Below are positions 25,000 through 39,700 of a DNA stretch of 64,000 nt, in pieces. Source of the stretch: Azolla caroliniana (Eukaryota; Plantae; Polypodiophyta); NCBI GenBank assembly GCA_043228905.1, contig JBHGNT010000101.1, positions 25,833 through 89,832 on the forward strand, read 5' to 3'. How positions within the stretch are numbered: position 1 is the stretch's first letter; every line of letters begins with the position of its first letter. Under the pieces are notes generated by a model. It was not told the origin of the DNA and ran no database searches. It saw only the letters and a program-made list of their open reading frames with translations. The position numbers were made by a program, and so were the translations under genes.

Positions 25000-27680
25000 A
25001 AAATGTTCATACCTGGCTCGTGTGATATCGGATTTTTGTGTTCAAACATGCGAATCGAAGCTAACAACGCTAGCTATGATATGGAATTAAAAAATCAAGA
25101 TTTTCAAACTCAGGTCGACAGACATGATGAGATTACCAAATTTGAGGAGTGAGTTGAGAGAAGCCCTTGAGTAAATTAAAATGTTCATACCTGGCTCGTG
25201 TGATATCGGATTTTTGTGTTCAAACATGCGAATCGAACCTAACAACGCTAGCTATGATATGGAATTAAAAAATCAAGATTTTGAAACTCAGGTCGAGAGA
25301 CATGATGAGATTACCAAATTTGAGGACTGAGTTGAGAGAAGCCCTTGAGTAAATTAAAATGTTCATACCTGGCTCGTGTGATATCGGATTTTTGTGTTCA
25401 AACATGAGAATCGAAGCTAACAACGCTAGCTATGATATGGAATTAGAAAATCAAGATTTTGAAACTCAGGTCGAGAGACATGACGAAAATACCAAATTTG
25501 AGGAGTGAGTTAAGAAGAGCTATGAGTTAAATTAAAATGTTCATACCTGGCTCGTGTGATATCGGATTTTTGTGTTCAAGCATGCGAATCGAAGCTAACA
25601 ATGCTAGCTATGATATGGAGTTAAAAAATCAAGATTTTAAAACTCAGGTCGGAAGACATGACGAGATTACCAAATTTGAGGAGTGAGTTAAGAAGAGCTA
25701 TGAGTTAAATTAAAATGTTCATACCTGGCTCGTGTGATATCGGATTTTTGTGTTCAAACATGCGAATCGAAGCTAACAATGCTAGCTATGATATGGAATT
25801 AAAAAATCAAGATTTTAAAACTCAGGTCGAGAGACATGATGAGATTACCAAATTTGAGGAGTGAGTTGAGAGAAGCCCTTGAGTAAATTAAAATGTTCAT
25901 ACCTGGCTCGTGTGATATCGGATTTTTGTGTTCAAACATGCGAATCGAAGCTAACAACGCTAGCTATGATATGGAATTAAGAAATCAAGATTTTGAAACT
26001 CAGGTCGAGAGACATGATGAGATTACCAAATTTGAGGAGTGAGTTAGGAAGAGCTATGAGTTAAATTAAAATGTTCATACCTGGCTCGTGTGATATCGGA
26101 TTTTTGTGTTCAAACATGAGAATCGAAGCTAACAATGCTAGCTATGATATGGAGTTAAAAAATCAAGATTTTGAAACTCAGGTCGGAAGACATGACGAGA
26201 TTACCAAATTTGAGGAGTGAGTTAGGAAGAGCTATGAGTTAAATTAAAATGTTCATACCTGGCTCGTGTGATATCGGATTTTTGTGTTCAAACATGCGAA
26301 TCGAAGCTAACAACGCTAGCTATGATATGGAATTAAAAAATCAAGATTTTCAAACTCAGGTCGAGAGACATGATGAGATTACCAAATTTGAGGAGTGAGT
26401 TGAGAGAAGCCCTTGAGTAAATTAAAATGTTCATACCTGGCTCGTGTGATATCGGATTTTTGTGTTCAAACATGCGAATCGAACCTAACAACGCTAGCTA
26501 TGATATGGAATTAAAAAATCAAGATTTTGAAACTCAGGTCGAGAGACATGATGAGATTACCAAATTTGAGGACTGAGTTGAGAGAAGCCCTTGAGTAAAT
26601 TAAAATGTTCATACCTGGCTCGTGTGATATCGGATTTTTGTGTTCAAACATGAGAATCGAAGCTAACAACGCTAGCTATGATATGGAATTAGAAAATCAA
26701 GATTTTGAAACTCAGGTCGAGAGACATGACGAAAATACCAAATTTGAGGAGTGAGTTAAGAAGAGCTATGAGTTAAATTAAAATGTTCATACCTGGCTCG
26801 TGTGATATCGGATTTTTGTGTTCAAGCATGCGAATCGAAGCTAACAATGCTAGCTATGATATGGAGTTAAAAAATCAAGATTTTAAAACTCAGGTCGGAA
26901 GACATGACGAGATTACCAAATTTGAGGAGTGAGTTAAGAAGAGCTATGAGTTAAATTAAAATGTTCATACCTGGCTCGTGTGATATCGGATTTTTGTGTT
27001 CAAACATGCGAATCGAAGCTAACAATGCTAGCTATGATATGGAATTAAAAAATCAAGATTTTAAAACTCAGGTCGAGAGACATGATGAGATTACCAAAAT
27101 TGAGGAGTGAGTTGAGAGAAGCCCTTGAGTAAATTAAAATGTTCATACCTGGCTCGTGTGATATCGGATTTTTGTGTTCAAACATGCGAATCGAAGCTAA
27201 CAACGCTAGCTATGATATGGAATTAAGAAATCAAGATTTTGAAACTCAGGTCGAGAGACATGATGAGATTACCATATTTGAGGAGTGAGTTAGGAAGAGC
27301 TATGAGTTAAATTAAAATGTTCATACCTGGCTCGTGTGATATCGGATTTTTGTGTTCAAACATGAGAATCGAAGCTAACAATGCTAGCTATGATATGGAG
27401 TTAAAAAATCAAGATTTTGAAACTCAGGTCGGAAGACATGACGAGATTACCAAATTTGAGGAGTGAGTTAGGAAGAGCTATGAGTTAAATTAAAATGTTC
27501 ATACCTGGCTCGTGTGATATCGGATTTTTGTGTTCAAACATGCGAATCGAAGCTAACAACGCTAGCTATGATATGGAATTAAAAAATCAAGATTTTCAAA
27601 CTCAGGTCGAGAGACATGATGAGATTACCAAATTTGAGGAGTGAGTTGAGAGAAGCCCTTGAGTAAATTAAAATGTTCAT
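25000..27680 (+). repeat. 7-monomer tandem duplication (offset 1246 bp)
   Basis: CAAGCATGCG at 25577 and 26823, followed in both copies by two TTTTAAAAC monomers, then TTAAGAAATC and two GTTAGGAAG ends. Confidence 0.85.
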
Positions 27681-30339
27681 ACCTGGCTCGTGTGATATCG
27701 GATTTTTGTGTTCAAACATGCGAATCGAAGCTAACAACGCTAGCTATGATATGGAATTAAAAAATCAAGATTTTGAAACTCAGGTCGAGAGACATGATGA
27801 GATTACCAAATTTGAGGAGTGAGTTTAGAGAAGCCCTTGAGTAAATTAAAATGTTTATACCTGGCTCGTGTGATATCGGATTTTTGTGTTCAAACATGCG
27901 AATCGAACCTAACAACGCTAGCTATGATATCGAATTAGAAAATCAAGATTTTGAAACTCAGGTCGAGAGACATGACGAAAATACCAAATTTGAGGAGTGA
28001 GTTAAGAAGAGCTATGAGTTAAATTAAAATGTTCATACCTGGCTCGTGTGATATCGGATTTTTGTGTTCAAACATGAGAATCGAAGCTAACAACGCTAGC
28101 TATGATATAGAATTAGAAAATCAAGATTTTGAAACTCACGTCGAGAGACATGACGAAAATACCAAATTTGAGGAGTGAGTTAAGAAGAGCTATGAGTTAA
28201 ATTAAAATGTTCATACCTGGCTCGTGTGATATCGGATTTTTGTGTTCAAACATGCGAATCGAACCTAACAATGCTAGCTATGATATGGAGTTAAAAAATC
28301 AAGATTTTGAAACTCAGGTCGCGAGACATGACGAAATTACCAAATTTGAGGAGTGAGTTAAGAAGAGCTATGAGTTAAATTAAAATGGTCATACCTGGCT
28401 CGTGTGATATCGGATTTTTGTGTTCAAACATGTGAGTCGAAGCTAACATTGCTAGCTATGATATGGAGTTAAAAAATCAAGATTTTGAAACTCAGGTCGA
28501 GAGCCACGACGAAATTACCAAATTTGAGGAGTGAGTTAAGAAGAGCTATGAGTTAAATTAAAATGTTCATACCTGGCTCGTGTGATATCGGATTTTTGTG
28601 TTCAAGCATGCAAATCGAAGCTAACTACGCTAGCTATGATATGGAATTAAAAAATCAAGATTTTGAAACTCCGGTCGAGAGACATGATGAGATTACCAAA
28701 TTTGAGGACTGAGTTGAGAGAAGCCCTTGAGTAAATTAAAATGTTCATACCTGGCTCGTGTGATATCAGATTTTTGTGTTCAAACATGGGAATCGAAGCT
28801 AACAACGCTAGCTATGATATGGAATTAAAAAATCAAGATTTTGAAACTCAGGTCGAGAGACATGATGAGATTACCAAATTTGAGGACTGAGTTGAGAGAA
28901 GCCCTTGAGTAAATTAAAATGTTCATACCTGGCTCGTGTGATATCGGATTTTTGTGTTCAAACATGCGAATCGAAGCTAACAACGCTAGCTATGATATGG
29001 AATTAAAAAATCAAGATTTTGAAACTCAGGTCGGAAGACATGACGAGATTACCAAATTTGAGGAGTGAGTTAAGAAGAGCTATGAGTTAAATTAAAATGT
29101 TCATACCTGGCTCGTGTGATATCGGATTTTTGTGTTCAAACATGCGAATCGAAGCTAACAACGCTAGCTATGATATGGAATTGAAAAATCAAGATTTTCA
29201 AACTCAGGTCGAGAGACATGATGAGATTACCAAATTTGAGGAGTGAGTTGAGAGAAGCCCTTGAGTAAATTAAAATGTTCATACCTGGCTCGTGTGATAT
29301 CAGAATTTTGTGTTCAAACATGCGAATCGAAGCTAACAACGCTAGCTATGATATGGAATTAAAAAATCAAGATTTTGAAACTCAGGTCGCGAGACATGAC
29401 GAAATTACCAAATTTGAGGAGTGAGTTGAGAGAAGCCCTTGAGTAAATTAAAATGTGAATACCTGGCTCGTGTGATATCGGATTTTTGTGTTCAAACATG
29501 TGAATCGAAGCTAACAACGCTAGCTATGATATGGAATTAAAAAATCAAGATTTTGAAACTCAGGTCGAGAGACATGGTGAGATTACCAAATTTGAGGAGT
29601 GAGTTAAGAGAAGCCCTTCAGTAAATTAAAATGTTCATACCTGGCTCGTGTGATATCGGATTTTTGTGTTCAAACATGCGAATCGAAGCTAACAACGCTA
29701 GCTATGATATGGAATTAGGAAATCAAGATTTTGAAACTCAGGTCGAGAGACATGATGAGATTACCAAATTTGAGGACTGAGTTGAGAGAAGCCCTTGAGT
29801 AAATTAAAATGTTCATACCTGGCTCGTGTGATATCAGAATTTTGTGTTCAAACATGTGAGTCGAAGCTAACATTGCTAGCTATGATATGGAGTTAAAAAA
29901 TCAAGATTTTGAAACTCAGGTCGAGAGCCACGACGAAATTACCAAATTTGAGGAGTGAGTTAAGAAGAGCTATGAGTTAAATTAAAATGTTCATACCTGG
30001 CTCGTGTGATATCGGATTTTTGTGTTCAAGCATGCAAATCGAAGCTAACTACGCTAGCTATGATATGGAATTAAAAAATCAAGATTTTGAAATTCCGGTC
30101 GAGAGACATGATGAGATTACCAAATTTGAGGACTGAGTTGAGAGAAGCCCTTGAGTAAATTAAAATGTTCATACCTGGCTCGTGTGATATCAGATTTTTG
30201 TGTTCAAACATGGGAATCGAAGCTAACAACGCTAGCTATGATATGGAATTAAAAAATCAAGATTTTGAAACTCAGGTCGAGAGACATGATGAGATTACCA
30301 AATTTGAGGAGTGAGTTGAGAGAAGCCCTTGAGTAAATT

Positions 30340-30695
30340 AAAATGTTCATACCTGGCTCGTGTGATATCGGATTTTTGTTTTCAAACATGAGAATCGAAG
30401 CTAACAACGCTAGCTATGATATGGAATTAGAAAATCAAGATTTTGAAACTCAAGTCGAGAGACATGACGAAAATACCAAATTTGAGAAGTGAGTTAAGAA
30501 GAGCTATGAGTTAAATTAAAATGTTCATACCTGGCTCGTGTGATATCGGATTTTTGTTTTCAAACATGAGAATCGAAGCTAACAACGCTAGCTATGATAT
30601 GGAATTAGAAAATCAAGATTTTGAAACTCAAGTCGAGAGACATGACGAAAATACCAAATTTGAGAAGTGAGTTAAGAAGAGCTATGAGTTAAATT
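30340..30695 (+). repeat. Single-monomer tandem duplication
   Basis: Two adjacent monomers share the rare variants TTTTTGTTTTCAAAC and CAAGTCGAG, plus TTTGAGAAGT. Confidence 0.92.
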
Positions 30696-31229
30696 AAAAT
30701 GTTCATACCTGGCTCGTGTGATATCGGATTTTTGTGTTCAAACATGCGAATCGAACCTAACAACGCTAGCTATGATATGGAATTAAAAAATCAAGATTTT
30801 GAAACTCAGGTCGAGAGACATGATGAGATTACCAAATTTGAGGACTGAGTTGAGAGAAGCCCTTGAGTAAATTAAAATGTTCATACCTGGCTCGCGTGAT
30901 ATCGGATTTTTGTGTTCAAACATGAGAATCGAAGCTAACAACGCTAGCTATGATATGGAATTAGAAAATCAAGATTTTGAAACTCAGGTCGAGAGACATG
31001 ACGAAAATACCAAATTTGAGGAGTGAGTTAAGAAGAGCTATGAGTTAAATTAAAATGTTCATACCTGGCTCGTGTGATATCGGATTTTTGTGTTCAAACA
31101 TGCGAATCGAAGCTAACAATGCTAGCTATGATATGGAGTTAAAAAAACAAGATTTTGAAATTCCGGTCGAGAGACATGATGAGATTACCAAATTTGAGGA
31201 CTGAGTTGAGAGAAGCCCTTGAGTAAATT

Positions 31230-34200
31230 AAAATGTTCATACCTGGCTCGTGTGATATCGGATTTTTGTGTTCAAACATGCGAATCGGAGCTAACAACGC
31301 TAGCTATGATATGGAATTAAGAAATCAAGATTTTGAAACTCAGGTCGAGAGACATGATGAGATTACCAAATTTGAGGAGTGAGTTAGGAAGAGCTATGAG
31401 TTAAATTAAAATGTTCATACCTGGCTCGTGTGATATCGGATTTTTGTGTTCAAACATGAGAATCGAAGCTAACAATGCTAGCTATGATATGGAGTTAAAA
31501 AATCAAGATTTTGAAACTCAGGTCGGAAGACATGACGAGATTACCAAATTTGAGGAGTGAGTTAGGAAGAGCTATGAGTTAAATTAAAATGTTCATACCT
31601 GGCTCGTGTGATATCGGATTTTTGTGTTCAAACATGCGAATCGAAGCTAACAACGCTAGCTATGATATGGAATTAAAAAATCAAGATTTTCAAACTCAGG
31701 TCGAGAGACATGATGAGATTACCAAATTTGAGGACTGAGTTGAGAGAAGCCCTTGAGTAAATTAAAATGTTCATACCTGGCTCGTGTGATATCGGATTTT
31801 TGTGTTCAAACATGCGAATCGAAGCTAACAACGCTAGCTATGATATGGAATTAAAAAATCAAGATTTTGAAACTCAGGTCGAGAGACATGATGAGATTAC
31901 CAAATTTGAGGAGTGAGTTGAGAGAAGCCCTTGAGTAAATTAAAATGTTTATACCTGGCTCGTGTGATATCGGATTTTTGTGTTCAAACATGCGAATCGA
32001 ACCTAACAACGCTAGCTATGATATCGAATTAGAAAATCAAGATTTTGAAACTCAGGTCGAGAGACATGACGAAAATACCAAATTTGAGGAGTGAGTTAAG
32101 AAGAGCTATGAGTTAAATTAAAATGTTCATACCTGGCTCGTGTGATATCGGATTTTTGTGTTCAAACATGCGAATCGAAGCTAACAATGCTAGCTATGAT
32201 ATGGAGTTAAAAAATCAAGATTTTGAAACTCAGGTCGGAAGACATGACGAGATTACCAAATTTGAGGAGTGAGTTAAGAAGAGCTATGAGTTAAATTAAA
32301 ATGTTCATACCTGGCTCGTGTGATATCGGATTTTTGTGTTCAAACATGCGAATCGAAGCTAACAATGCTAGCTATGATATGGAATTAAAAAATCAAGATT
32401 TTAAAACTCAGGTCGAGAGACATGATGAGATTACCAAATTTGAGGAGTGAGTTGAGAGAAGCCCTTGAGTAAATTAAAATGTTCATACCTGGCTCGTGTG
32501 ATATCGGATTTTTGTGTTCAAACATGCGAATCGAAGCTAACAACGCTAGCTATGATATGGAATTAAGAAATCAAGATTTTGAAACTATGGTCGAGAGACA
32601 TGATGAGATTACCAAATTTGAGGAGTGAGTTGAGAGAAGCCCTTGAGTAAATTAAAATGTTCATACCTGGCTCGTGTGATATCGGATTTTTCTGTTCAAA
32701 CATGCGAATCGAAGCTAACAACGCTAGCTATGATATGGAATTAAAAAATCAAGATTTCCAAACTCAGGTCGAGAGACATGATGAGATTACCAAATTTGAG
32801 GAGTGAGTTGAGAGAAGCCCTTGAGTAAATTAAAATGTTCATACCTGGCTCGTGTGATATCGGATTTTTTTGTTCAAACATGCGAATCGAAGCTAACAAC
32901 GCTAGCTATGATATGGAATTAAAAAATCAAGATTTTCAAACTCAGGTCGAGAGACATGATGAGATTACCAAATTTGAGGACTGAGTTGAGAGAAGCCCTT
33001 GAGTAAATTAAAATGTTCATACCTGGCTCGTGTGATATCAGAATTTTGTGTTCAAACATGCGAAACGAAGCTAACAACGCTAGCTATGATATGGAATTAA
33101 AAAATCAAGATTTTGAAACTCAGGTCGCGAGATATGACGAAATTACCAAATTTGAGGAGTGAGTTGAGAGAAGCCCTTGAGTAAATTAAAATGTGAATAC
33201 CTGGCTCGTGTGATATCGGATTTTTGTGTTCAAACATGCGAATCGAAGCTAACAACGCTAGCTATGATATGGAATTAAAAAATCAAGATTTTGAAACTCA
33301 GGTCGAGAGACATGATGAGATTACCAAATTTGAGGAGTGAGTTGAGAGAAGCCCTTGAGTAAATTAAAATGTTCATACCTGGCTCGTGTGATATCGGATT
33401 TTTGTGTTCAAACATGAGAATCGAAGCTAACAACGCTAGCTATGATATGGAATTAGAAAATCAAGATTTTGAAACTCAGGTCGAGAGACATGACGAAAAT
33501 ACCAAATTTGAGAAGTGAGTTAAGAAGAGCTATGAGTTAAATTAAAATGTTCATACCTGGCTCGTGTGATATCGGATTTTTGTGTTCAAACATGCGAATC
33601 GAACCTAACAACGCTAGCTATGATATGGAATTAAAAAATCAAGATTTTGAAACTCAGGTCGAGAGACATGATGAGATTACCAAATTTGAGGACTGAGTTG
33701 AGAGAAGCCCTTGAGTAAATTAAAATGTTCATACCTGGCTCGTGTGATATCGGATTTTTGTGTTCAAACATGAGAATCGAAGCTAACAACGCTAGCTATG
33801 ATATGGAATTAGAAAATCAAGATTTTGAAACTCAGGTCGAGAGACATGACGAAAATACCAAATTTGAGGAGTGAGTTAAGAAGAGCTATGAGTTAAATTA
33901 AAATGTTCATACCTGGCTCGTGTGATATCGGATTTTTGTGTTCAAACATGCGAATCGAAGCTAACAATGCTAGCTATGATATGGAGTTAAAAAATCAAGA
34001 TTTTGAAACTCAGGTCGGAAGACATGACGAGATTACCAAATTTGAGGAGTGAGTTAAGAAGAGCTATGAGTTAAATTAAAATGTTCATACCTGGCTCGTG
34101 TGATATCGGATTTTTGTGTTCAAACATGCGAATCGAAGCTAACAATGCTAGCTATGATATGGAATTAAAAAATCAAGATTTTAAAACTCAGGTCGAGAGA

Positions 34201-37200
34201 CATGATGAGATTACCAAATTTGAGGAGTGAGTTGAGAGAAGCCCTTGAGTAAATTAAAATGTTCATACCTGGCTCGTGTGATATCGGATTTTTGTGTTCA
34301 AACATGCGAATCGAAGCTAACAACGCTAGCTATGATATGGAATTAAGAAATCAAGATTTTGAAACTCAGGTCGAGAGACATGATGAGATTACCAAATTTG
34401 AGGAGTGAGTTAGGAAGAGCTATGAGTTAAATTAAAATGTTCATACCTGGCTCGTGTGATATCGGATTTTTGTGTTCAAACATGAGAATCGAAGCTAACA
34501 ATGCTAGCTATGATATGGAGTTAAAAAATCAAGATTTTGAAACTCAGGTCGGAAGACATGACGAGATTACCAAATTTGAGGAGTGAGTTAGGAAGAGCTA
34601 TGAGTTAAATTAAAATGTTCATACCTGGCTCGTGTGATATCGGATTTTTGTGTTCAAACATGCGAATCGAAGCTAACAACGCTAGCTATGATATGGAATT
34701 AAAAAATCAAGATTTTCAAACTCAGGTCGAGAGACATGATGAGATTACCAAATTTGAGGAGTGAGTTGAGAGAAGCCCTTGAGTAAATTAAAATGTTCAT
34801 ACCTGGCTCGTGTGATATCGGATTTTTGTGTTCAAACATGCGAATCGAAGCTAACAACGCTAGCTATGATATGGAATTAAAAAATCAAGATTTTGAAACT
34901 CAGGTCGAGAGACATGATGAGATTACCAAATTTGAGGAGTGAGTTGAGAGAAGCCCTTGAGTAAATTAAAATGTTTATACCTGGCTCGTGTGATATCGGA
35001 TTTTTGTGTTCAAACATGCGAATCGAACCTAACAACGCTAGCTATGATATCGAATTAGAAAATCAAGATTTTGAAACTCAGGTCGAGAGACATGACGAAA
35101 ATACCAAATTTGAGGAGTGAGTTAAGAAGAGCTATGAGTTAAATTAAAATGTTCATACCTGGCTCGTGTGATATCGGATTTTTGTGTTCAAACATGCGAA
35201 TCGAAGCTAACAATGCTAGCTATGATATGGAGTTAAAAAATCAAGATTTTGAAACTCAGGTCGGAAGACATGACGAGATTACCAAATTTGAGGAGTGAGT
35301 TAAGAAGAGCTATGAGTTAAATTAAAATGTTCATACCTGGCTCGTGTGATATCGGATTTTTGTGTTCAAACATGCGAATCGAAGCTAACAATGCTAGCTA
35401 TGATATGGAATTAAAAAATCAAGATTTTGAAACTCAGGTCGAGAGACATGATGAGATTACCAAATTTGAGGAGTGAGTTGAGAGAAGCCCTTCAGTAAAT
35501 TAAAATGTTCATACCTGGCTCGTGTGATATCGGATTTTTGTGTTCAAACATGCGAATCGAAGCTAACAACGCTAGCTATGATATGGAATTAAGAAATCAA
35601 GATTTTGAAACTATGGTCGAGAGACATGATGAGATTACCTAATTTGAGGAGTGAGTTGAGAGAAGCCCTTGAGTAAATTAAAATGTTCATACCTGGCTCG
35701 TGTGATATCGGATTTTTGTGTTCAAACATGCGAATCGAAGCTAACAACGCTAGCTATGATATGGAATTAAAAAATCAAGATTTCCAAACTCAGGTCGAGA
35801 GACATGATGAGATTACCAAATTTGAGGAGTGAGTTGAGAGAAGCCCTTGAGTAAATTAAAATGTTCATACCTGGCTCGTGTGATATCGGATTTTTGTGTT
35901 CAAACATGCGAATCGAAGCTAACAACGCTAGCTATGATATGGAATTAAAAAATCAAGATTTTCAAACTCAGGTCGAGAGACATGATGAGATTACCAAATT
36001 TGAGGACTGAGTTGAGAGAAGCCCTTGAGTAAATTAAAATGTTCATACCTGGCTCGTGTGATATCAGAATTTTGTGTTCAAACATGCGAATCGAAGCTAA
36101 CAACGCTAGCTATGATATGGAATTAAAAAATCAAGATTTTGAAACTCAGGTCGCGAGACATGACGAAATTACCAAATTTGAGGAGTGAGTTGAGAGAAGC
36201 CCTTGAGTAAATTAAAATGTTCATACCTGGCTCGTGTGATATCGGATTTTTGTGTTCAAACATGTGAATCGAAGCTAACAACGCTAGCTATGATATGGAA
36301 TTAAAAAATCAAGATTTTGAAACTCAGGTCGAGAGACATGATGAGATTACCAAATTTGAGGAGTGAGTTAAGAGAAGCCCTTCAGTAAATTAAAATGTTC
36401 ATTCCTGGCTCGTGTGATATCGGATTTTTGTGTTCAAACATGCGAATCGAAGCTAACAACGCTAGCTATGATATGGAATTAGAAAATCAAGATTTTGAAA
36501 CTCAGGTCGAGAGATATGATGAGATTACCAAATTTGAGGAGTGAGTTAGGAAGAGCTATGAGTTAAATTAAAATGTTCATACCTGGCTCGTGTGATATCA
36601 GAATTTTGTGTTCAAACATGTGAGTCGAAGCTAACATTGCTAGCTATGATATGGAGTTAAAAAATCAAGATTTTGAAACTCAGGTCGAGAGCCACGACGA
36701 AATTACCAAATTTGAGGAGTGAGTTAAGAAGAGCTATGAGTTAAATTAAAATGTTCATACCTGGCTCGTGTGATATCGGATTTTTGTGTTCAAGCATGCA
36801 AATCGAAGCTAACTACGCTAGCTATGATATGGAATTAGAAAATCAAGATTTTGAAACTCCGGTCGAGAGACATGATGAGATTACCAAATTTGAGGACTGA
36901 GTTGAGAGAAGCCCTTGAGTAAATTAAAATGTTCATACCTGGCTCGTGTGATATCAGATTTTTGTGTTCAAACATGGGAATCGAAGCTAACAACGCTAGC
37001 TATGATATGGAATTAAAAAATCAAGATTTTAAAACTCAGGTCGAGAGACATGATGAGATTACCAAATTTGAGGAGTGAGTTGAGAGAAGCCCTTGAGTAA
37101 ATTAAAATGTTCATACCTGGCTCGTGTGATATCGGATTTTTGTGTTCAAACATGCGAATCGAAGCTAACAACGCTAGCTATGATATGGAATTAAGAAATC

Positions 37201-39700
37201 AAGATTTTGAAACTCAGGTCGAGAGACATGATGAGATTACCAAATTTGAGGAGTGAGTTAGGAAGAGCTATGAGTTAAATTAAAATGTTCATACCTGGCT
37301 CGTGTGATATCGGATTTTTGTGTTCAAACATGAGAATCGAAGCTAACAATGCTAGCTATGATATGGAGTTAAAAAATCAAGATTTTGAAACTCAGGTCGG
37401 AAGACATGACGAGATTACCAAATTTGAGGAGTGAGTTAGGAAGAGCTATGAGTTAAATTAAAATGTTCATACCTGGCTCGTGTGATATCGGATTTTTGTG
37501 TTCAAACATGCGAATCGAAGCTAACAACGCTAGCTATGATATGGAATTAAAAAATCAAGATTTTCAAACTCAGGTCGAGAGACATGATGAGATTACCAAA
37601 TTTGAGGAGTGAGTTGAGAGAAGCCCTTGAGTAAATTAAAATGTTCATACCTGGCTCGTGTGATATCGGATTTTTGTGTTCAAACATGCGAATCGAAGCT
37701 AACAACGCTAGCTATGATATGGAATTAAAAAATCAAGATTTTGAAACTCAGGTCGAGAGACATGATGAGATTACCAAATTTGAGGAGTGAGTTGAGAGAA
37801 GCCCTTGAGTAAATTAAAATGTTTATACCTGGTTCGTGTGATATCGGATTTTTGTGTTCAAACATGCGAATCGAACCTAACAACGCTAGCTATGATATGG
37901 AATTAGAAAATCAAGATTTTGAAACTCAGGTCGAGAGACATGACGAAAATACCAAATTTGAGGAGTGAGTTAAGAAGAGCTATGAGTTAAATTAAAATGT
38001 TCATACCTGGCTCGTGTGATATCGGATTTTTGTGTTCAAACATGCGAATCGAAGCTAACAATGCTAGCTATGATATGGAGTTAAAAAATCAAGATTTTGA
38101 AACTCAGGTCGGAAGACATGACGAGATTACCAAATTTGAGGAGTGAGTTAAGAAGAGCTATGAGTTAAATTAAAATGTTCATACCTGGCTCGTGTGATAT
38201 CGGATTTTTGTGTTCAAACATGCGAATCGAAGCTAACAATGCTAGCTATGATATGGAATTAAAAAATCAAGATTTTGAAACTCAGGTCGAGAGACATGAT
38301 GAGATTACCAAATTTGAGGAGTGAGTTGAGAGAAGCCCTTCAGTAAATTAAAATGTTCATACCTGGCTCGTGTGATATCGGATTTTTGTGTTCAAACATG
38401 CGAATCGAAGCTAACAACGCTAGCTATGATATGGAATTAAGAAATCAAGATTTTGAAACTATGGTCGAGAGACATGATGACATTACCTAATTTGAGGAGT
38501 GAGTTGAGAGAAGCCCTTGAGTAAATTAAAATGTTCATACCTGGCTCGTGTGATATCGGATTTTTGTGTTCAAACATGCGAATCGAAGCTAACAACGCTA
38601 GCTATGATATGGAATTAAAAAATCAAGATTTTCAAACTCAGGTCGAGAGACATGATGAGATTACCAAATTTGAGGAGTGAGTTGAGAGAAGCCCTTGAGT
38701 AAATTAAAATGTTCATACCTGGCTCGTGTGATATCAGAATTTTGTGTTCAAACATGCGAATCGAAGCTAACAACGCTAGCTATGATATGGAATTAAAAAA
38801 TCAAGATTTTGAAACTCAGGTCGCGAGACATGACGAAATTACCAAATTTGAGGAGTGAGTTGAGAGAAGCCCTTGAGTAAATTAAAATGTGAATACCTGG
38901 CTCGTGTGATATCGGATTTTTGTGTTCAAACATGTGAATCGAAGCTAACAACGCTAGCTATGATATGGAATTAAAAAATCAAGATTTTGAAACTCAGGTC
39001 GAGAGACATGATGAGATTACCAAATTTGAGGAGTGAGTTAAGAGAAGCCCTTCAGTAAATTAAAATGTTCATTCCTGGCTCGTGTGATATCGGATTTTTG
39101 TGTTCAAACATGCGAATCGAAGCTAACAACGCTAGCTATGATATGGAATTAGAAAATCAAGATTTTGAAACTCAGGTCGAGACATATGATGAGATTACCA
39201 AATTTGAGGACTGAGTTGAGAGAAGCCCTTGAGTAAATTAAAATGTTCATACCTGGCTCGTGTGATATCAGAATTTTGTGTTCAAACATGTGAGTCGAAG
39301 CTAACATTGCTAGCTATGATATGGAGTTAAAAAATCAAGATTTTGAAACTCAGGTCGAGAGCCACGACGAAATTACCAAATTTGAGGAGTGAGTTAAGAA
39401 GAGCTATGAGTTAAATTAAAATGTTCATACCTGGCTCGTGTGATATCGGATTTTTGTGTTCAAGCATGCAAATCGAAGCTAACTACGCTAGCTATGATAT
39501 GGAATTAGAAAATCAAGATTTTGAAACTCCGGTCGAGAGACATGATGAGATTACCAAATTTGAGGACTGAGTTGAGAGAAGCCCTTGAGTAAATTAAAAT
39601 GTTCATACCTGGCTCGTGTGATATCAGATTTTTGTGTTCAAACATGGGAATCGAAGCTAACAACGCTAGCTATGATATGGAATTAAAAAATCAAGATTTT
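31230..39700 (+). repeat. Three related 15-17-monomer higher-order units
   Basis: AACTATGGTC at ~32583, ~35609 and ~38457 (offsets 17 and 16 monomers); ATGTTTATAC at ~31945, 34971 and ~37819; ATTCCTGG at 36401 and 39071 (15 monomers). Confidence 0.8.

Noticed and set aside
29136-29339. 67-aa minus-strand ORF
   Set aside because: A chance reading frame in satellite sequence opened by local point variants, with no coding evidence.
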